From a virus: 64,000 nucleotides of DNA. The stretch covers positions 73,365 through 137,364 of the IMG/VR virus record IMGVR_UViG_3300046787_000316; one strand, given 5' to 3'. Shown piece after piece: positions 31,501 to 42,140 of the stretch. The notes under the pieces are model-generated. The model saw nothing but the letters and a program-made list of their open reading frames with translations, ran no database searches and was not told where the DNA came from. The first letter of the stretch is position 1; each line of letters begins with the position of its first letter. A program made the position numbers and the translations under genes.

Positions 31501-33607
31501 AGTTATTCCACAAATAAGTTGAACCACTCACATATTCAATATTCAGTGCATCAGTACTAATCAATGAAGAGCTTAGATATGTATTCACCAATTCGGATGA
31601 TGATGATATCGATGTTCCTAATATCAAATTATCTAACGATTCGTAGTTAGTAGATTGTCCTTTTACAAAATCAACCGGAATTTCAAAATTAGGCCCTTTT
31701 AATGGAGGACATGATAAATCATCTTGCTCATTTAATACAACCGTTTCAATCAACGGATTACTCATTAATTTAGTAATCCAAAATGTTGAATTGTTTGATA
31801 TATTGGCTGGAAGCGGCGAGTATAGTTTTAATATAATCGATTCAACTTCATTTGTAACAAATTCATTACCCAATTCATCAATTGATTTATCAGATAATGT
31901 CCAATTATCAACTTCCCAAGATGAAATCAATGTTTGCTCATTGTTTCCAAAGTTAGCAAGATGTGTTAAGTATTTACTTTCCTTATCTGGTTCAATAATA
32001 CTTAATTTCTCCGAAAACGATTGGAATAATGATGTAGCAATTATATCTTCATCCAATGATAAGGTTGGTAAAGTTAATTTAGTAATAATTTCGTATTCAT
32101 TACCAATTAACTCTTCAGCGCCACCTCTATTATAGGGTTTTAATATCAATGTAACATTATCACTACCACTCCAATTAGGATATGCGTTTCGTAATGTTTT
32201 AAGATTAATCTTTAATCCACCATTTGCAGGTTGATTGGTAGCTAATCCAATATTAGAACCATCTTTTAATTTTAAAAATATATCAACTGATGTTGCTGCG
32301 AATGTTGCGTATTTAACATCGTATTCAACATTGAAATCAGAAAATGATGGAACATCGATTGTATCAGCACACGTTACTTCGGTAATAGATGGATAATCAT
32401 TCACCGATGTAAAGGTTACTAATATTTCTTTTCTAGTACCCGTTCCATATTTGTTCCCAACAGGAACTAATATAATTCGATTTGAACCATATACCTCTTG
32501 AAAATCTTTTTGAAAGAATAATGTGAATTGGTTGTTAGAGGCCGGTATCTCCAAAACTTTCGAAGGAGATACATATACCATTACTTTATCAGCATTATTG
32601 GTTTTAAATGGAATCGTAATAGATTTCTCCGTATCCGATTCTCTTACACTTAATGTATATTGCGTAGAACTTAGCTCAATGGTAGGTTCGGCAAATGTCA
32701 ATATCTTTTCAGCGTTAACAATGACTATGAAAGTAGATGTTAATTGGTTTGCTGGTATTTGAAATGAATATGGTTGCGTCACCAATCTATCAAAGTTGAT
32801 GTTATTTACATCATCTCCGATTTGAGATTTAACACCTGAATAAATACCGGTGATACTAATATCGCTTGGCAAATTACCCTGTAATTGTAGATTAACAACC
32901 GCATTACTTATAGTTTGTTTTGGTAATATACCAAGTAAGTTACCATCTGATAATTTTAATGTACCCGATTTAATTATATCACCATTTGAAATGATATCAT
33001 ATTTTAACGAGATGTAATCGTTAATTTCCGATGTTAAGTTTGAACCAAACCCCAATTCATATTCAATATTTGGGTTAGGTGACTCGTTTATTTGTTCAAT
33101 ATATGATACGGAAGGGGATACGGCTGCCTTTTCAAGTTTAAAATTCAAAGTAACACCACCAGTTGCATAGTTTAAAGTTCTTGGTTGTTCAGCTATCCAC
33201 TCACCATTTGAATAGGTGAACTCTTGAATAGATACTCCCTCACTTCGTATATTGTTAGCATCTAATGGGATAATACTTACATCAAACTTATTTACAACTC
33301 TACCAGCCGAAGTAAGTGCAGTGTAGGTTCTCTTTGAACCAAATTTAGTAGATGGACTATACGTTACAGTCGTAGAAGTTCCGTATGTAACTACTACACC
33401 ATTATCTGCGAATTCAAGAGCATCATATCCATCTGCTGTTAAATTTATATGCAATGGATTTGTTTTTACAGCTCTAGTGGGAACGTATGGAATTACTGGA
33501 GTAGGTATCGAAACCCCTCCTCCTCCGCCACCGCCTCCACCAAATGAGATGAATCCCCCATCTATGGATATACTATCCGCTGCATCTCGTAAAAATTCTT
33601 GTACCAT
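28565..33607 (-). CDS. Large baseplate wedge/tail protein with LamG-like region
   Basis: LPYLLKHKGTRRGVYALLSCYG (P2 gpI/T4 gp7-like KGT motif), GSLDEFRLWS (LamG), N-terminal poly-Gly. Confidence 0.6.
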   Translation of the reverse strand: MVQEFLRDAADSISIDGGFISFGGGGGGGGGVSIPTPVIPYVPTRAVKTNPLHINLTADGYDALEFADNGVVVTYGTSTTVTYSPSTKFGSKRTYTALTSAGRVVNKFDVSIIPLDANNIRSEGVSIQEFTYSNGEWIAEQPRTLNYATGGVTLNFKLEKAAVSPSVSYIEQINESPNPNIEYELGFGSNLTSEINDYISLKYDIISNGDIIKSGTLKLSDGNLLGILPKQTISNAVVNLQLQGNLPSDISITGIYSGVKSQIGDDVNNINFDRLVTQPYSFQIPANQLTSTFIVIVNAEKILTFAEPTIELSSTQYTLSVRESDTEKSITIPFKTNNADKVMVYVSPSKVLEIPASNNQFTLFFQKDFQEVYGSNRIILVPVGNKYGTGTRKEILVTFTSVNDYPSITEVTCADTIDVPSFSDFNVEYDVKYATFAATSVDIFLKLKDGSNIGLATNQPANGGLKINLKTLRNAYPNWSGSDNVTLILKPYNRGGAEELIGNEYEIITKLTLPTLSLDEDIIATSLFQSFSEKLSIIEPDKESKYLTHLANFGNNEQTLISSWEVDNWTLSDKSIDELGNEFVTNEVESIILKLYSPLPANISNNSTFWITKLMSNPLIETVVLNEQDDLSCPPLKGPNFEIPVDFVKGQSTNYESLDNLILGTSISSSSELVNTYLSSSLISTDALNIEYVSGSTYLWNNFVHFSSAKERLDNFVYKVQLIESYEQLILSASTDYTGEEQAFYTSSLVSQQESERQLSKKNQLITGFDGFEKFLYTSSSMSWPYNGSNRVSSNDNSVADWYNIILEDATIYDSNNMNWVQNNIPQYIVNNEENASLLLFFSMIGQHFDNIYFHTKAIEKSRGLGYQSKDGISDKLLFDALKSFGWDAQNLAADKALWSYVFGNQNGETELNPAKQRTYEVWRRIINNLPYLLKHKGTRRGVYALLSCYGIPSSNLSILEFGGPEVTETTKTKLVMDNITTALKMVSGSYITTDWRDTERNRRPDTIEVFVKPLGRQSSTLLSLNGSSVSLNLHTSSNDADNPFGYLEFNYGSSNFTSSILPIFNGNFFGVEISREVSGSYHNFELNVRQANKERTIFQNTTTASVVNTNSDWETPTELKVGGTYVGSLDEFRLWSTPLEKERFFEHVSFPEMINGNHVSASTDDLYFRLDFEYPKNLSVSQSLLNVDANIHYSSSLYRNDLESGSLVGGDTILSTNPSASYSASAFGFTSITDYPYQFEAIDRSVVLEIPDLGAGRYSTNKVRMESQTLISDLSSKGRATKKAFDQSPTDSNRVGLFFSPTKELNIDIAKSFGGINLDNYIGDPSDAYKSNYKQLDDLRSYYFERFDGRDIYSYINLIKLYEKSMFEDIKKMLPARVKATTGLLIEPHFLERSKVQLNKPTGEEYQKETNIKFSDTTVIQMENNQYEMIVNADLSDSISGENNQYESLVEANLSNNLTAMNYQYDSLIGANDDLILSSDVYQKETTISSGLGEPTILSEIDLVNSNTIAGQSVLENIGFGIYAQSGSAIRTYFGTDGSVIKERVRVNLITEQKTRQIVKYAVTSSLTGLGDERGGSVLTSSVYTETTLNIQPFANSVAPIVKNNIISVVPVNGYLKTHFRNTSDLTRGMENSFFKGSKNTAATTLDGSSPVEVFTTNPNTLKVNKAGRDSSEPILEVE

Positions 33608-33622
33608 CTATATTGTTTAGTA

Positions 33623-33630
33623 ATAAATAT
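33623..33630 (-). promoter_or_regulatory. Putative late promoter ATATTTAT
   Basis: Plus ATAAATAT 15 nt upstream of the start at 33607. Confidence 0.55.
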
Positions 33631-33667
33631 TTTAATATTATTTTATTGGAATACTTCCAATTTGAAA

Positions 33668-35092
33668 TTACTGAACTTGTAATTCCATATCATTCCTATC
33701 GGTGAATCTATCGCCAAAATTACGTTCGTTTACGATACCACCACCACTACTACCACCACCAAACGATGGCGTTATTGAAACGGCTGGTTCATCTACAATT
33801 GGAATAGGTGTGAATGTTGGTAAGAATATATTCGAAAGATTATCTAATCCCATTGCATTTAACCCAATATTGAGATTCACTCCACTAAAATCTACAATTG
33901 GTGCAACCGGTATATTGATTGAATCGATTGGTAACTTAATTGTTATTTCGGGAGCAATTTCAATTGGTGGAAATACTTTTGGAATTGGAATTGGAATTAC
34001 TGGCGGAGGAGTTACCTTTACCGGCACTTCAATTTTAGTTACAGTCTTTATAGGAGCCAATTCAGTAGTTCCTTGAACTCTCAAATCAACTTTATCCGGA
34101 GCATAAACATTTCGTTTAATATCCACATTAGTTTGAAATGAATTCAAATTATCTTGTATTTGCTTTCGCAATTCAACTACCGCAAACTCTTTTGGTAAGT
34201 TACTATAATCAATAGCTCTACGTTTTAAAGTCTTTATATTATATGTAATACAATTATTTAATATATTAGATATATCACCCATTAATGTTGTAAACGAATA
34301 TTGCTCACAATCTATAAAACGAATTTCAGATGGTTTACCAAAATTAGATTGAGAAATATCATAGTATCGGTTGTTTAGCCAATGATTTACACTATCTCTG
34401 AAATTATCAAATATTCTCTTATTAAATGTATCCAAATCTCGTAAACCAAAATCCTTTCTTATAGTTGCTCTAAAATCGTTTCCAAATTTAGCAACTAAAG
34501 CATCATCAATTTTACCCAATGAATCGGATTCGAATTTATCTAACGCATCTAATATATTTCTTTTATAATATTTGAAATCTTTACTTAAATTATGAATATT
34601 TTTAAATTCATAAGTTGTGATTACATTTATACTTTCATCTTTCGTTTTCAATGGAATTATACGAACCTCTTCTCTTGAAGGAGATATTTCTTGTATCCAA
34701 ACTTTAGTTAATTCATTATCTGAACCAACTTTGTTTCTAACAAAATTTATGTTTAATTTTAAAATACCATTGGTGAATCCCAACTCATTCAATAACTTTT
34801 CAGCATCGATGGCCATTTCGGGAAATCCTTGCTTATTATTTAAAACATATAAGTAATTTTTAATATCACCTGTTTTAATATATGCGATATTTTTACCACT
34901 TTTATGTGGTAGTATATTGTTGTTAATATCATATACGGATACCTCCATAACATCATATTTACAATCTCCAAAATCGGTTTCATCTAATTCATTTTTAGAC
35001 ACAATAAACAAATCCTCCGATTGAAGATATTTACCTTCATTTTGAGTTTTATTATTGATTTCATCAAAATTAGCGTATTTTGTAATACTCAT
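33668..35092 (-). CDS. Hypothetical virion protein with Pro/Ile-rich C-terminal tail
   Basis: Long ORF in the baseplate block; VWIQEISPSREEVR; low-complexity PPPVIPIPIP tail. Confidence 0.55.
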   Translation of the reverse strand: MSITKYANFDEINNKTQNEGKYLQSEDLFIVSKNELDETDFGDCKYDVMEVSVYDINNNILPHKSGKNIAYIKTGDIKNYLYVLNNKQGFPEMAIDAEKLLNELGFTNGILKLNINFVRNKVGSDNELTKVWIQEISPSREEVRIIPLKTKDESINVITTYEFKNIHNLSKDFKYYKRNILDALDKFESDSLGKIDDALVAKFGNDFRATIRKDFGLRDLDTFNKRIFDNFRDSVNHWLNNRYYDISQSNFGKPSEIRFIDCEQYSFTTLMGDISNILNNCITYNIKTLKRRAIDYSNLPKEFAVVELRKQIQDNLNSFQTNVDIKRNVYAPDKVDLRVQGTTELAPIKTVTKIEVPVKVTPPPVIPIPIPKVFPPIEIAPEITIKLPIDSINIPVAPIVDFSGVNLNIGLNAMGLDNLSNIFLPTFTPIPIVDEPAVSITPSFGGGSSGGGIVNERNFGDRFTDRNDMELQVQ

Positions 35093-35103
35093 AGTTTATA
35101 TTA

Positions 35104-36249
35104 TTAATATGAATCTGGATGATACTTACCAAACCCAGCTTCGTATGTTTTATCTTTAGATGAGCCATCCGAACGAGTTACCGTTACTTTCAATGCACCA
35201 CCTTTATAATCTTTTGATTTGGTGTTACCACCAAACCAACCACCTTTTTTACGAGAATCTAAATCTCCAACTGTATTTTCAGTTAGAGTTAAATTTAATT
35301 TTTTGTTTTCTCCAGCAGCCATTGTAAACTGCATTTCGGGAATAGTATAAAAATCCCTACCACTTTCAGGATTAGTTTTGGTTAACTTAATCGTTATTTG
35401 ACTTTTATCATTATTGGTTATTTCCAATGCTTTTCCATTTTTCCATTGAGAACCACCACCTGATTTGAATCTAGCCCAAATAGCCGGAGCACTAGCATCT
35501 TCATTTGCCTCCAACTTAATAATTGCAACTTCATTTACAACATCCGCACCAGCTGCTTGAGCTTGTGCCAATGTTCCCGATGTGATTGCAGATTGTTGTT
35601 GAACTGCTCCTAATTGAGCTTGCAATCCTTCAATGATTGAGTTTAACGAATCAATTTGTTTAATCAATGCTTCAATCTGTGCTTTGAATCCTGAATTTTG
35701 AGCTTGTAAAGATGCTCTTAAAATAGATTCATCTACCGATTTTTGAACCGCTGATTGAATTTGTGTTGTAAAATCTTGTATAGTTCCGTTCAACGCATCT
35801 AACTGATTTAATAACACATCATTTGTCTGCTCTATGTTTAATCTACTATTAATTTCAGTTTGAACTCTAGCATTCAAATCCGTTACAGTATCATTTAATG
35901 ATTGAACTTCTTGCGTTAAATCGGTTACTTGTTTTCGTAAATCCTCATTATCTAATACCTTTTCATCATACAACGGCTTTGGAACTAAATCCAAATTAGG
36001 TGTTGGAATGTTTGGTTTTAGCTCTTTAACTTCGATATCGATTGCTTTTACCAATTCAACATCATCGTGTCTATCTTTACTAAGGCTTTTGAATAACAAA
36101 GATGAAGCAGGTATCTGTTCATTTACTATTGTAACGTTGTAATCATTTTTGGCAATAGATTGAGAACCCGATACACTTAATATCGTTTCTAATTTCTCTT
36201 TACGAGCCGCTTCTAACTTCTGAGCTATTGCTTCTAATGCTGTTGCCAT
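35104..36249 (-). CDS. Coiled-coil virion protein
   Basis: Long Q/L/N heptad region followed by a beta-rich C-terminal domain. Confidence 0.55.
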   Translation of the reverse strand: MATALEAIAQKLEAARKEKLETILSVSGSQSIAKNDYNVTIVNEQIPASSLLFKSLSKDRHDDVELVKAIDIEVKELKPNIPTPNLDLVPKPLYDEKVLDNEDLRKQVTDLTQEVQSLNDTVTDLNARVQTEINSRLNIEQTNDVLLNQLDALNGTIQDFTTQIQSAVQKSVDESILRASLQAQNSGFKAQIEALIKQIDSLNSIIEGLQAQLGAVQQQSAITSGTLAQAQAAGADVVNEVAIIKLEANEDASAPAIWARFKSGGGSQWKNGKALEITNNDKSQITIKLTKTNPESGRDFYTIPEMQFTMAAGENKKLNLTLTENTVGDLDSRKKGGWFGGNTKSKDYKGGALKVTVTRSDGSSKDKTYEAGFGKYHPDSY

Positions 36250-36250
36250 A

Positions 36251-37324
36251 TTAAACTATTTCAAATATTGATTTATCATCAATTATATAATCAATCCCAC
36301 TTTGGGATATTTTCATTTTTAATAAATAAGTTCTATTAGCTGGTAAGCTACTTAAATTCATAATAAAAAAACTACCATTACTATCACAACTAATTTTAGT
36401 GTAATCCCCAAATGGAAATATAACTTCTCCAGTTATATAATCTTCCAATTGGTAATATGATGTAGTGGGTAAATAGCTTGTATTATCGTAATCAAACGTT
36501 CCTGAAAACGTTCTCATTGGATATAACTCTCTACCTTTAACTCTAATTTTTATCTTACTATCTTTTGAATATTTTGATTTTAAATTAGAATATACAACTT
36601 TAAAATTCTCATCAGGTATCACACTTAGTGAGCCGGTTGAAAATGTAGAATCATCCCAAACAATTTCTAATTTAGGTTCATATATTGTATGTGTTTCTTT
36701 TGAAAAGAATTTCAACACACCATAATCTAATGAATCCTCTTCATTAGTTAATCCATGTCTTACAATAAATCCATTATTAGGTAATGAACCACTCATCCAT
36801 AGATTAACAATTCCAGTCACATCCATTCTAACGTCATCCACTTCATAGTTGTATGATTGAGATGCTTCCGACCCCGTATACCAAGTACCACCCTCAGCGT
36901 TAGCAGAACCAGTAGTTCCCGCTACAAACGTAGCAGTTCCTCCTAATGTGTTATCTTGCCAAGTATTAATTCCATCTCTATACTTCCAACTTATACCATC
37001 GGTTGTTATATTATCGAATTTAGTACCTGTTCCCATATTCCAACTTTGAGAAACGGCGTTGGCATAGATTGTATATTCCAATGGAATTTCCTCTGAACCC
37101 GCTGATTTCAAATTTAGATACGCTTTCCAACTACCTGTAATCTCTCCACTTACTATGGATGCCGATATTTGATTGGTATTGAACTTTATTAATGCTCTAG
37201 CTATATCTTTGGTATCTCCATAATATAGTTTACCTACTTCCAACATTTCATCCCTACCAGCGTTTTGGTCGGGTTGTTGTAAGTAAATACTGGCATCGAA
37301 CGATGATGTGAATAGTTTATGCAT
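36251..37324 (-). CDS. Baseplate-associated protein (DNRLRE/CBM96-like beta-sandwich)
   Basis: DASIY...N.G.DE.LEVG, RALIKF, DVTGIV..W...NNGFIV, F.SKE...PKLEI. Confidence 0.45.
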   Translation of the reverse strand: MHKLFTSSFDASIYLQQPDQNAGRDEMLEVGKLYYGDTKDIARALIKFNTNQISASIVSGEITGSWKAYLNLKSAGSEEIPLEYTIYANAVSQSWNMGTGTKFDNITTDGISWKYRDGINTWQDNTLGGTATFVAGTTGSANAEGGTWYTGSEASQSYNYEVDDVRMDVTGIVNLWMSGSLPNNGFIVRHGLTNEEDSLDYGVLKFFSKETHTIYEPKLEIVWDDSTFSTGSLSVIPDENFKVVYSNLKSKYSKDSKIKIRVKGRELYPMRTFSGTFDYDNTSYLPTTSYYQLEDYITGEVIFPFGDYTKISCDSNGSFFIMNLSSLPANRTYLLKMKISQSGIDYIIDDKSIFEIV

Positions 37325-39369
37325 TATAGTGCTCTTCCTTTTATGTCTTTATTAGGGTATTTTACTTCGAAAACGCAAGGGTCTAAGGATGGATAAACTA
37401 TCTTACCTTGAGTTGCTTGTTCTATATTATATCTATTAGGAGAATAGTTTTCTCCATTCGTATTTGATTTACATAAATTAGAAATCTTAACAGATGGAAC
37501 ACTCATTACGCCATCCACATTTGCTAATAGTAATTCTATTTCTGAAATGTTGATTGGTTTATTGAATGTCCAATTATCTGTATTAAAATAATCTTGCAAT
37601 TCTAATAAACATTTTGTGATAACTTCATTTTTGTTATAATTTGAATAACATATAATTTCAAAATCACATCCAATGTTAACAATAAATCCATCGATTATAT
37701 TAACGGCATCCGTAATCATTCTATACTCACCTAAATAAGTTTTAAGGTTTTCCTTTATAGCCGGATTCAAATTTGTTAATTTTTTATCACCATCATAAGC
37801 CAATACATACATATTGATTGCGAATGGGTTATTAACCTCCGATAGATTTGATTTCTTTTGTGTAAGATATTTTACCAATTCGGTTTGTATTTCCGATTTA
37901 GTTTTATCTTTCATCCCATCGACTATACCAACAAATTCTGCAATATTATTTGGATTAGCGAGAATCGAAGCAGGTGAATTATTATCAACCTCACCATCGG
38001 GAGAAACATATACTTTGGCAACACTACCATATCTTTCTGGCATACTCAATGCTCTTACAATGTAATCCTGTCTAGTCACTGCTCTGTTTTGAGAACCAAA
38101 TGTTGCTAATGCGTTTTGTCTGATTTCCTCAATTGATTCTACACCTCTACCACCTACCGCTGGTTCTAAGTTTTCAACCGCTACGGATGTCTTATATGTT
38201 TCGTAAAGATTTCGTTCAGCTACATCGGCAAATGATAATAAATCTTCTTCGAATTCTATTTTTGTTACATTGGTTAAATCGCCCGTATTAACATTTGATT
38301 CTACACCACCTCCAACTAAATATTTAACACGCAATGTTGTTCCATTTGATGGGACAACTCCAAATGTATTTGTTTTTAAGAAATTAGATGGGTCTATCGA
38401 TGAGTTCAATCTACTAATTGAATGGGCTAATCCTAATCCAACATTTTTAGAATTTGGCAATATTACCTCATCCGGTTGGCTTGAATCACCACTACCAAAT
38501 TGTAAATCAATTGTGTTATCTGAATTTACTTTTACACTAAATCTATTTGGAACTTTTTGTATTTCTAAAATATACGGAACTACGGATGATGATGAATATA
38601 ATTCACTTTTACTTTCAATATTAGCCGTTTCTACAAAAATACTTTCTTGTGCCAAATATGGAACTTCGTACCACTTCTCACCATCTTGTGATGTTACCGA
38701 TACAATTTGTATTATATTTGTATCACTTATAGTTTTAGTTGGATATTCCATATAATCACCAAAATACAAATCAGTTTCTTTTTGAGTAGCTGATATTGCT
38801 TTTACTTTTTTGGTAATCAAATATTGAGTAGGAGCACCAGTCACACTATCCCTTTCAAACACATCAATTTCTCTATCCGTTGGATTAGAAAAATCAACTG
38901 CATCCAATGTTCTAAATGTTATATTTGATTTAGTAGTCGATGATACTTGCATACCATCTTTTATTCTTAAATAATATTTAGGGTTCGGGTCGTATTTATC
39001 ACTTCCATTACCACCAATCACCGGCATCAACTGATATACAGTCAATGTAGTTACAGCAGGTGATGTTACCTTTGGTTTATATCCCATAGATTGCGCCAAT
39101 GCTACAACGTTTTTACGTTCGGTAGCATGTGATAACATCGATTCTTTTAATTGAGTATCCTGATAAAATGAAAGAATATCACCAATAGCAGCTGCTTGTT
39201 CTACAAACACCATACCTGGCGAAGCCTCATTGAAATCCGAATATGTGTTAGGGAAATACGTTTTAGTATAATCAATAAGAGTTTGCTTCAATGTTGCAAA
39301 ATCTTTACCAACGTAATTTACATTTTTACTTTCGTTACCCCAAGTCTTATTTATAGGTTTAAGTCCCAT
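37324..39369 (-). CDS. Baseplate wedge subunit (T4 gp6 / baseplate J-like)
   Basis: KDFATLKQTLIDY...SDFNEASPG, LAQSMGYKP, GG..ESIEEIRQNA...QNRAVTRQDY. Confidence 0.88.
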   Translation of the reverse strand: MGLKPINKTWGNESKNVNYVGKDFATLKQTLIDYTKTYFPNTYSDFNEASPGMVFVEQAAAIGDILSFYQDTQLKESMLSHATERKNVVALAQSMGYKPKVTSPAVTTLTVYQLMPVIGGNGSDKYDPNPKYYLRIKDGMQVSSTTKSNITFRTLDAVDFSNPTDREIDVFERDSVTGAPTQYLITKKVKAISATQKETDLYFGDYMEYPTKTISDTNIIQIVSVTSQDGEKWYEVPYLAQESIFVETANIESKSELYSSSSVVPYILEIQKVPNRFSVKVNSDNTIDLQFGSGDSSQPDEVILPNSKNVGLGLAHSISRLNSSIDPSNFLKTNTFGVVPSNGTTLRVKYLVGGGVESNVNTGDLTNVTKIEFEEDLLSFADVAERNLYETYKTSVAVENLEPAVGGRGVESIEEIRQNALATFGSQNRAVTRQDYIVRALSMPERYGSVAKVYVSPDGEVDNNSPASILANPNNIAEFVGIVDGMKDKTKSEIQTELVKYLTQKKSNLSEVNNPFAINMYVLAYDGDKKLTNLNPAIKENLKTYLGEYRMITDAVNIIDGFIVNIGCDFEIICYSNYNKNEVITKCLLELQDYFNTDNWTFNKPINISEIELLLANVDGVMSVPSVKISNLCKSNTNGENYSPNRYNIEQATQGKIVYPSLDPCVFEVKYPNKDIKGRAL

Positions 39370-39371
39370 TC

Positions 39372-39809
39372 TTAATTATTTACATTTATTTGAACTGATT
39401 CTGATAAATTTGGGTTAGATGTGAGTGCAAACTTAATATCCAACGCAATTCTATTATTATCAATATCGTTATCATCGTAATCAAATACAATTTCTGTTAC
39501 AGTTAAATATGGTAGCCATTTAGATACGGCATCCAATATAACCGATTCCACAACTGTTTCAATTGTATCAGCGGGCATCGGTTCGAATAACACTTTCCAA
39601 ATATCACAACCAAATTCAGGTTGCATCAATCTTTCACCTTTTTGGGTTAATATAAGATTTCGTAAATTATGTTTAGCTTGAGTAAGTGTTGTATAATTTA
39701 CGGCAAAGATACCACCTGCATTAGAAACTTCATTGATTCCAATACCTAATATCTTATAATTATTTTCCGTTAAATCGGTTACTTTAACTTTACCAAGCTC
39801 TATTGCCAT
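39372..39809 (-). CDS. Baseplate wedge subunit (gp25/GPW-like)
   Basis: NLRNLILTQKGERLMQPEFGCDI..VLFEP, WLPYL. Confidence 0.9.
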   Translation of the reverse strand: MAIELGKVKVTDLTENNYKILGIGINEVSNAGGIFAVNYTTLTQAKHNLRNLILTQKGERLMQPEFGCDIWKVLFEPMPADTIETVVESVILDAVSKWLPYLTVTEIVFDYDDNDIDNNRIALDIKFALTSNPNLSESVQINVNN

Positions 39810-40339
39810 TATCTACGTCTTTTACCTTGTTCTTGTTCTGCAAAAACTTTTGTTAATGCGCTATAATCTCTAGTCAATGCTTTCATTGTTGCATCTTGCA
39901 ATGCATCTCCGGTTGATTGTATTTGTTGTGGCATTGATTGTGGAATATCTAAACTTCTAAAATCCATAGTTTCCCACTCATCATCCACACTCACATTTGG
40001 TTGTAACATATCCAATACACTTCCTCCCATAGTACCACCTTCTGCCCTTTGTTCAGCTGAAAATGGTTGAGTCATATTTAAAATCTCATTAATCATAGGG
40101 TCTTTTGTGAATTCCTTTGTCTGTTGAGGTCTTTGTTGTTGTGCAATTGGTTGCTTTCTAATTTGTGGTTGCGAAGCTACTTCAGTCATTTCTCTCAATG
40201 ACGGAGTTGTTGTTTTCTTTTGTGAGTTCAATGTAACCGCACCAGATTTGATAAGTTTAGCTAACTCTTCTTTGACTTGTTGCTTAACTTCATTTTTTAC
40301 CACTTCTTTAATAAGTGTTACTAAAATTTCTGATTTCAT
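39809..40339 (-). CDS. Hypothetical late protein
   Basis: LIKEVVKNEVK N-terminus, ALTRDYS C-terminus; late motif upstream. Confidence 0.6.
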   Translation of the reverse strand: MKSEILVTLIKEVVKNEVKQQVKEELAKLIKSGAVTLNSQKKTTTPSLREMTEVASQPQIRKQPIAQQQRPQQTKEFTKDPMINEILNMTQPFSAEQRAEGGTMGGSVLDMLQPNVSVDDEWETMDFRSLDIPQSMPQQIQSTGDALQDATMKALTRDYSALTKVFAEQEQGKRRR

Positions 40340-40363
40340 AATAAAAAAATATTCTGTTTGTTA

Positions 40364-40371
40364 ATAAATAT
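40364..40371 (-). promoter_or_regulatory. Putative late promoter ATATTTAT
   Basis: Plus ATAAATAT 24 nt upstream of the start at 40339. Confidence 0.55.
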
Positions 40372-40384
40372 AAAAAGATTAAAT

Positions 40385-40933
40385 TTAATCTGGAACTTGA
40401 TAGCCATTCCACTTAACTATACCCGGAGCAGGTGGAGCAGGTGATGGATATTGTGCAATAACGGTGTAAATACCCGATACAGTCATCAAATGTAATTTTG
40501 CCGAATTAATAAATGCGTTTAAAAATTGTTCCGGATTATTATTTGGTGGAACTTTTACAGGTGTCCAATTACCCGGACTTAACACCAATCCAGCAGTAGT
40601 AACTATATTTTTTATAGAACCTGGTGCAGGTATTTTTGGTGGTGGGACGGGTGACATCTTACCTCCTAACCAATATATTATGATAGCAGGTCCAACTACC
40701 TCTAAAAAAGTCAATACTTTAGCTTTTTGAGTTTGTTCCAAAAATTGTATAATAGATTCTTGCATTAATATGGGATTACCTTTTATTAATGGTACACCAT
40801 TCAATGGGTCTTTGCCTGATTTAACAGCCGTATCGTATGCTAATGTAAATGCTTTGGCAAAATCACTAATAGTTCTATATGAGTTATTTTGCATCTGCGG
40901 TAGCAATGTAGATTTAAAAGTTCCCCAAGACAT
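40385..40933 (-). CDS. Hypothetical baseplate-associated Pro-rich protein
   Basis: Coupled directly downstream of the spike/hub gene. Confidence 0.55.
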   Translation of the reverse strand: MSWGTFKSTLLPQMQNNSYRTISDFAKAFTLAYDTAVKSGKDPLNGVPLIKGNPILMQESIIQFLEQTQKAKVLTFLEVVGPAIIIYWLGGKMSPVPPPKIPAPGSIKNIVTTAGLVLSPGNWTPVKVPPNNNPEQFLNAFINSAKLHLMTVSGIYTVIAQYPSPAPPAPGIVKWNGYQVPD

Positions 40934-40934
40934 A

Positions 40935-42140
40935 TTATTTACTTAAAAAGTTTTTAGCAGATTGTATGGTTTTCAATTTACTCTTAATAGATGCAAATTG
41001 AGAAGCGTTGGTCGGTCCCGTTTTTGATGGGCCGGCCGGTGTTAGATATACCTGTTTTGTGATTGCATCTATTAATTCTTCCATTATTTTAACCAATTCA
41101 CCACCCAATACCATTTTTTGTACATCTGCTCCAGCTGCTCCCTCTCCTTTATTTTTTCCTAAATATATCTTACCATTATCGGAATTAAGAAATATTTGAT
41201 TAGCACCTTTGGAATGCAATGTTACATTTTTATTGGTATGTAAGTAGATATCTTTTTCAGCATCTACCGAAAAATTACCATCCGTTATAACACCGGTATT
41301 ACCTTTACCAAATATGATAAATTCACTTGCTTTTGCTGAAAATACGATTCTATCGGAATTTACGAACAATTGGTCACCCTTTAATTTATCCGAAGCTGGA
41401 AAATCTTTGAATCCAATCTTTTCTTTTTTAATGGTTTCCTTAAATGGTATTTTAACCTTATTAGATGTAATGTATATAGATGAACCATCCTTATTAATAT
41501 CCTCTTCAATCAATTCTCCAATTGGTTTAGAATCTAACTCTGGATTTTGCTTATTACGGATGAAAATAGATGGAGATGATGTCTTACCATCTTCCGTTAA
41601 AAAGAACTCACTAAGACGAAGTGTGTTACCAACTCTACCACTTATAATGGTATCTCCCTCACTTGGTTTTAAAAACTTTATCTTCTCCTTTACTTCATAC
41701 TTCTTTTCAGTAGATTTAGTTTGAGTTGGAGTTTGATTTGGCGCACCAGCTTTAGCTTCCGCATAATCTTTATTCTTACCATCTCCTTTTGAAGCGGGTA
41801 TATCCTTCTCTTTGGAAACTTCGGAAGTTTTATAATCTTCTCTATAATTTGGATATTGATTAACAGAATATGGTAACCAATACATATTATTACCTATTTC
41901 GATAATCAATACCGTTTCACCCAATATAGGATAAGTAATATTGTTTTTATCAAATGGAAACGCATATCCTTCTTTATCGATAGCTGATTCTCTTTTAAAC
42001 TCAACTGCCCCTAAAAAACGAATATCATTCGCATCGAATGATTCATTACCATTGTATTTCTTTACAAAATCCGTATCTTTATTTAATGGTTTATCTGATT
42101 TTAGATAAACTTTAGAAACGGATGCTAAGTATGCCTCCAT
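40935..42140 (-). CDS. Baseplate central spike/hub protein (gp5/VgrG-like)
   Basis: N-terminal OB-like P.LGETVLI, EGDTIISGRVGN.LR, C-terminal beta-repeat region (NSDRIVFSAK, VLGGEL). Confidence 0.55.
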   Translation of the reverse strand: MEAYLASVSKVYLKSDKPLNKDTDFVKKYNGNESFDANDIRFLGAVEFKRESAIDKEGYAFPFDKNNITYPILGETVLIIEIGNNMYWLPYSVNQYPNYREDYKTSEVSKEKDIPASKGDGKNKDYAEAKAGAPNQTPTQTKSTEKKYEVKEKIKFLKPSEGDTIISGRVGNTLRLSEFFLTEDGKTSSPSIFIRNKQNPELDSKPIGELIEEDINKDGSSIYITSNKVKIPFKETIKKEKIGFKDFPASDKLKGDQLFVNSDRIVFSAKASEFIIFGKGNTGVITDGNFSVDAEKDIYLHTNKNVTLHSKGANQIFLNSDNGKIYLGKNKGEGAAGADVQKMVLGGELVKIMEELIDAITKQVYLTPAGPSKTGPTNASQFASIKSKLKTIQSAKNFLSK